Shown here in pieces: positions 61,751 through 64,000 of a DNA stretch of 64,000 bases (position 1 is its first letter; the number at the start of each line of letters is the position of its first letter). A program made the position numbers and the translations under genes. The stretch is from Candidatus Latescibacterota bacterium (GTDB lineage Bacteria > Latescibacterota > UBA2968 > GCA-2709665), in the NCBI GenBank assembly GCA_963662665.2, contig CAXXJS010000032.1, positions 33,670 through 97,669 on the forward strand, given 5' to 3'. The notes under the pieces are model-generated. The model was given only the letters and a program-made list of their open reading frames with translations, did not search any database and was not told where the DNA came from.

Positions 61751-61857
61751 CGACTGCTGAAAACTGATAACTGATTGCTACTTTCGATGTCTTGTGTAGG
61801 CGAGGTTTCCCTCTCCCGTCTACCCTCTTACGTCTCACCGCACTTAAGAGGTTTTAC

Positions 61858-62610
61858 ATGTCAAATCCAACGATCGATGTCCTGATGTCACACAGGAGCA
61901 TCCGCCGGTTTAAGGATCGACCCCTTCCCGATGGCGTCCTCGAAACGCTGATCCGGTGCGGGCAGCAGGCGAGCACGTCCAGCAATGTGCAGGCCTACAC
62001 CGTCATTCACGTGTCGGATCCACAGCGAAAGAAGAAACTGGCCGAACTGTGCGCCGATCAGTTGCAGATACACCAGAGCGCGGCGTTTCTGGCTTTCTGC
62101 GCAGACCTGCACCGGGACAGGATGGCCAACCGGATGCACGGGGCACAGCGGTTTGACGGGGACTATGCGGAGGCCTTGATGATTGCGACCGTGGACGTGG
62201 CGCTGATGATGCAGAACGTGGCGATTGCGGCGGAGTCGCTGGGACTGGGCATCTGCATGATCGGCGCGATGAGGAACAATCCGAAATCGGTGGGCAAATT
62301 ACTGGACCTGCCGCCGTATGTCGTCGCGGTGGCCGGCTTTTGCATCGGGTATCCGGCGCAGGCCCCGGAAGTCAAACCGCGATTGCCGCTGGACGCGGTC
62401 CTTCACCGCGAACGGTACCTCTGCGACGAGACGCACCAACTGGCCATGGAGGAATACGACAGGACCATGGTCGATTTTTATTCATCGCAGGGTATGCACG
62501 AAGGCGACCAGCGATGGACAACGGTCATGGCGGACCGTACAGGGCAGTTTCACGCCCGCGCCGAACTGGATGAATTCCTCACGGCCCAGGGCTTCCGGCT
62601 GCGTCGCTGA
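61858..62610 (+). CDS. NfsA/Frp-type nitroreductase (flavin reductase)
   Basis: SHRSIRRF, ASTSSNVQAY, FCADLHR, AAESLGLG.C.IG..RN, KPRLP. Confidence 0.92.
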   Translation: MSNPTIDVLMSHRSIRRFKDRPLPDGVLETLIRCGQQASTSSNVQAYTVIHVSDPQRKKKLAELCADQLQIHQSAAFLAFCADLHRDRMANRMHGAQRFDGDYAEALMIATVDVALMMQNVAIAAESLGLGICMIGAMRNNPKSVGKLLDLPPYVVAVAGFCIGYPAQAPEVKPRLPLDAVLHRERYLCDETHQLAMEEYDRTMVDFYSSQGMHEGDQRWTTVMADRTGQFHARAELDEFLTAQGFRLRR

Positions 62611-62706
62611 AATCCCTTCCGATCTGCCTTCCCCTTGACGATCTTCACGTCATTGTGTATACATTGGTAAACACAACCGCCCGCACATCCGCGAAAGAAA
62701 AGAATA

Positions 62707-63018
62707 ATGTCCGATTCGACGTTGGATAGGCTCGTTCGCGAGGTTGTAAAGCGTGTAAACCCTTTGCGAATCGTGCTTTTTGGATCCGCGGCCAGGGATG
62801 AATCCGGAGAACAGAGCGACATTGATCTGCTCGTCGTCATGCCCGAAGGTGTTCATCGACGCCGAACAGCGCAGAAACTGTACCGGGAAATCAAAGGTTT
62901 GCGCGTGCCCTTCGATATTGTCGTCGCTACTGCACAAGATCTGGAAAAACACAAGGACAATGACGGCCTGATCTACAAGAACGCCCTCAAGGAAGGCATT
63001 GAAGTTTATGGACTCTGA
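62707..63018 (+). CDS. Minimal nucleotidyltransferase (MNT, antitoxin-like)
   Basis: IVLFGSAAR.....SDIDLLVV, PFDIVV, ALKEG. Confidence 0.9.
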   Translation: MSDSTLDRLVREVVKRVNPLRIVLFGSAARDESGEQSDIDLLVVMPEGVHRRRTAQKLYREIKGLRVPFDIVVATAQDLEKHKDNDGLIYKNALKEGIEVYGL

Positions 63019-63129
63019 ATCTCGGGTTCCCTGTCCACACATTAACGGCAGAGACATAGAAGCAGGACGATTTGCGCATGCCTGGATTTTCCCGAGTTGG
63101 CATGAAACATCGATCTGCGAAAACAGACC

Positions 63130-64000
63130 ATGAGCAACGTCATTGAAAACATCGATAGGCTGAAAGCCGATCTGGACGCATTGCGACCGCTGCCTTCGGA
63201 CGTCGTGGGGCGGATAGAACAGAAGCTCCGCATCGAGTCGAACTATCACTCAAATGCCATAGAAGGCAACAGCCTTACGCTCGGGGAAACCCGAAGTTTG
63301 ATCCTCCACGGACTCACCGCGCACGGCAAACCAATGCGGGACCATTTAGACATCGAGGGGCACGATGATGCGGTTAAGGCGATCGAAGATGCAGTCAAGA
63401 CGAAGGAAGAGCTCAACGAAGTCTTCATCCGCAATCTGCATCGAATGCTTTTGAAAGAGCCGTATGAAATCGATGCACAGACACCTGACGGACGGCCTAC
63501 AAAACGACTCATAACAATCGGCAATTATAAGACGCAGCCCAACAACGTGAAGACTTCGACCGGCGAGATATACTACTATACCCCCCCCGATCAGGTAAAG
63601 CCCGCGATGAGCGATCTCATTGACTGGTATAGAAAGACCGAGAACGCGGGCGAGCACCCCATTGTCATCGCCGCCACGTTTCACTATCGCTTTGTCAGAA
63701 TTCATCCGTTCGACGATGGGAACGGTCGCATGGCGCGGCTTCTGATGAATATGATTCTGATTAAGCACGGCTACACGGTCGCGATCATACCCATACAGGA
63801 GCGCGATCGTTATATCGGCACGCTGGAGCAGGCCGACAAGTCAGAAGACCTGGCGGATTTTATCACTTATGTTGCGGGCTGTTGCGAATATACCCTGAAT
63901 CTCCATCTACGAGCCGCTCGAGGCGAGGATATTGAAGACGTTGAGGACATAGATAAAGAGATCGCACTCTTTTTAAAAAAGAGCACAAGCAACACAATCG
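63130..64000 (+). CDS. Fic family protein (class II, partial; runs off window end)
   Basis: Not in the ORF track; manual translation gives YHSNAIEGNSLT (inhibitory helix) and IHPFDDGNGRMAR. Confidence 0.93.
   Translation, partial: MSNVIENIDRLKADLDALRPLPSDVVGRIEQKLRIESNYHSNAIEGNSLTLGETRSLILHGLTAHGKPMRDHLDIEGHDDAVKAIEDAVKTKEELNEVFIRNLHRMLLKEPYEIDAQTPDGRPTKRLITIGNYKTQPNNVKTSTGEIYYYTPPDQVKPAMSDLIDWYRKTENAGEHPIVIAATFHYRFVRIHPFDDGNGRMARLLMNMILIKHGYTVAIIPIQERDRYIGTLEQADKSEDLADFITYVAGCCEYTLNLHLRAARGEDIEDVEDIDKEIALFLKKSTSNTI

Overview
GC-rich bacterial window with five blocks. (1) 1-5.6 kb: trpS 3' end, an ADP-ribosylglycohydrolase, a TonB-dependent receptor and a triple-repeat lipoprotein. (2) 5.6-23 kb: a 3419-aa type I PKS (KS-AT-DH-cMT-ER-KR-ACP-KS-AT0) with a free ACP and an alpha/beta hydrolase. 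This is the architecture of the 'sup' (sponge symbiont ubiquitous PKS) clusters, which suggests but does not prove a marine sponge symbiont. It is followed by rhodanese, surE, an HpcH-type aldolase, an NCS2 permease fused to an anti-sigma/HATPase-like domain and a truncated STAS gene. (3) 23-29.8 kb: a less GC-rich defence island built on a decayed type I RM locus (hsdS and hsdR remnants, M48 peptidase). It carries an intact N6-MTase + PD-(D/E)xK nuclease pair and a DUF1828-like gene whose partner is a pseudogene. (4) 32.8-61.3 kb: a co-directional bioenergetic supercluster, nuoA-CD-E-F-G-H-J-K-L-M (no nuoB, no nuoI), then a complete 10-gene Mrp antiporter operon between nuoM and nuoN, then nuoN and a full H+-type F1Fo operon. 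Several MITE-like elements sit in its intergenic spaces. (5) 61.3-64 kb: REP-like tandem repeats, a nitroreductase, an orphan MNT nucleotidyltransferase and a partial Fic protein. All calls come from motif recognition by eye; no searches were run.
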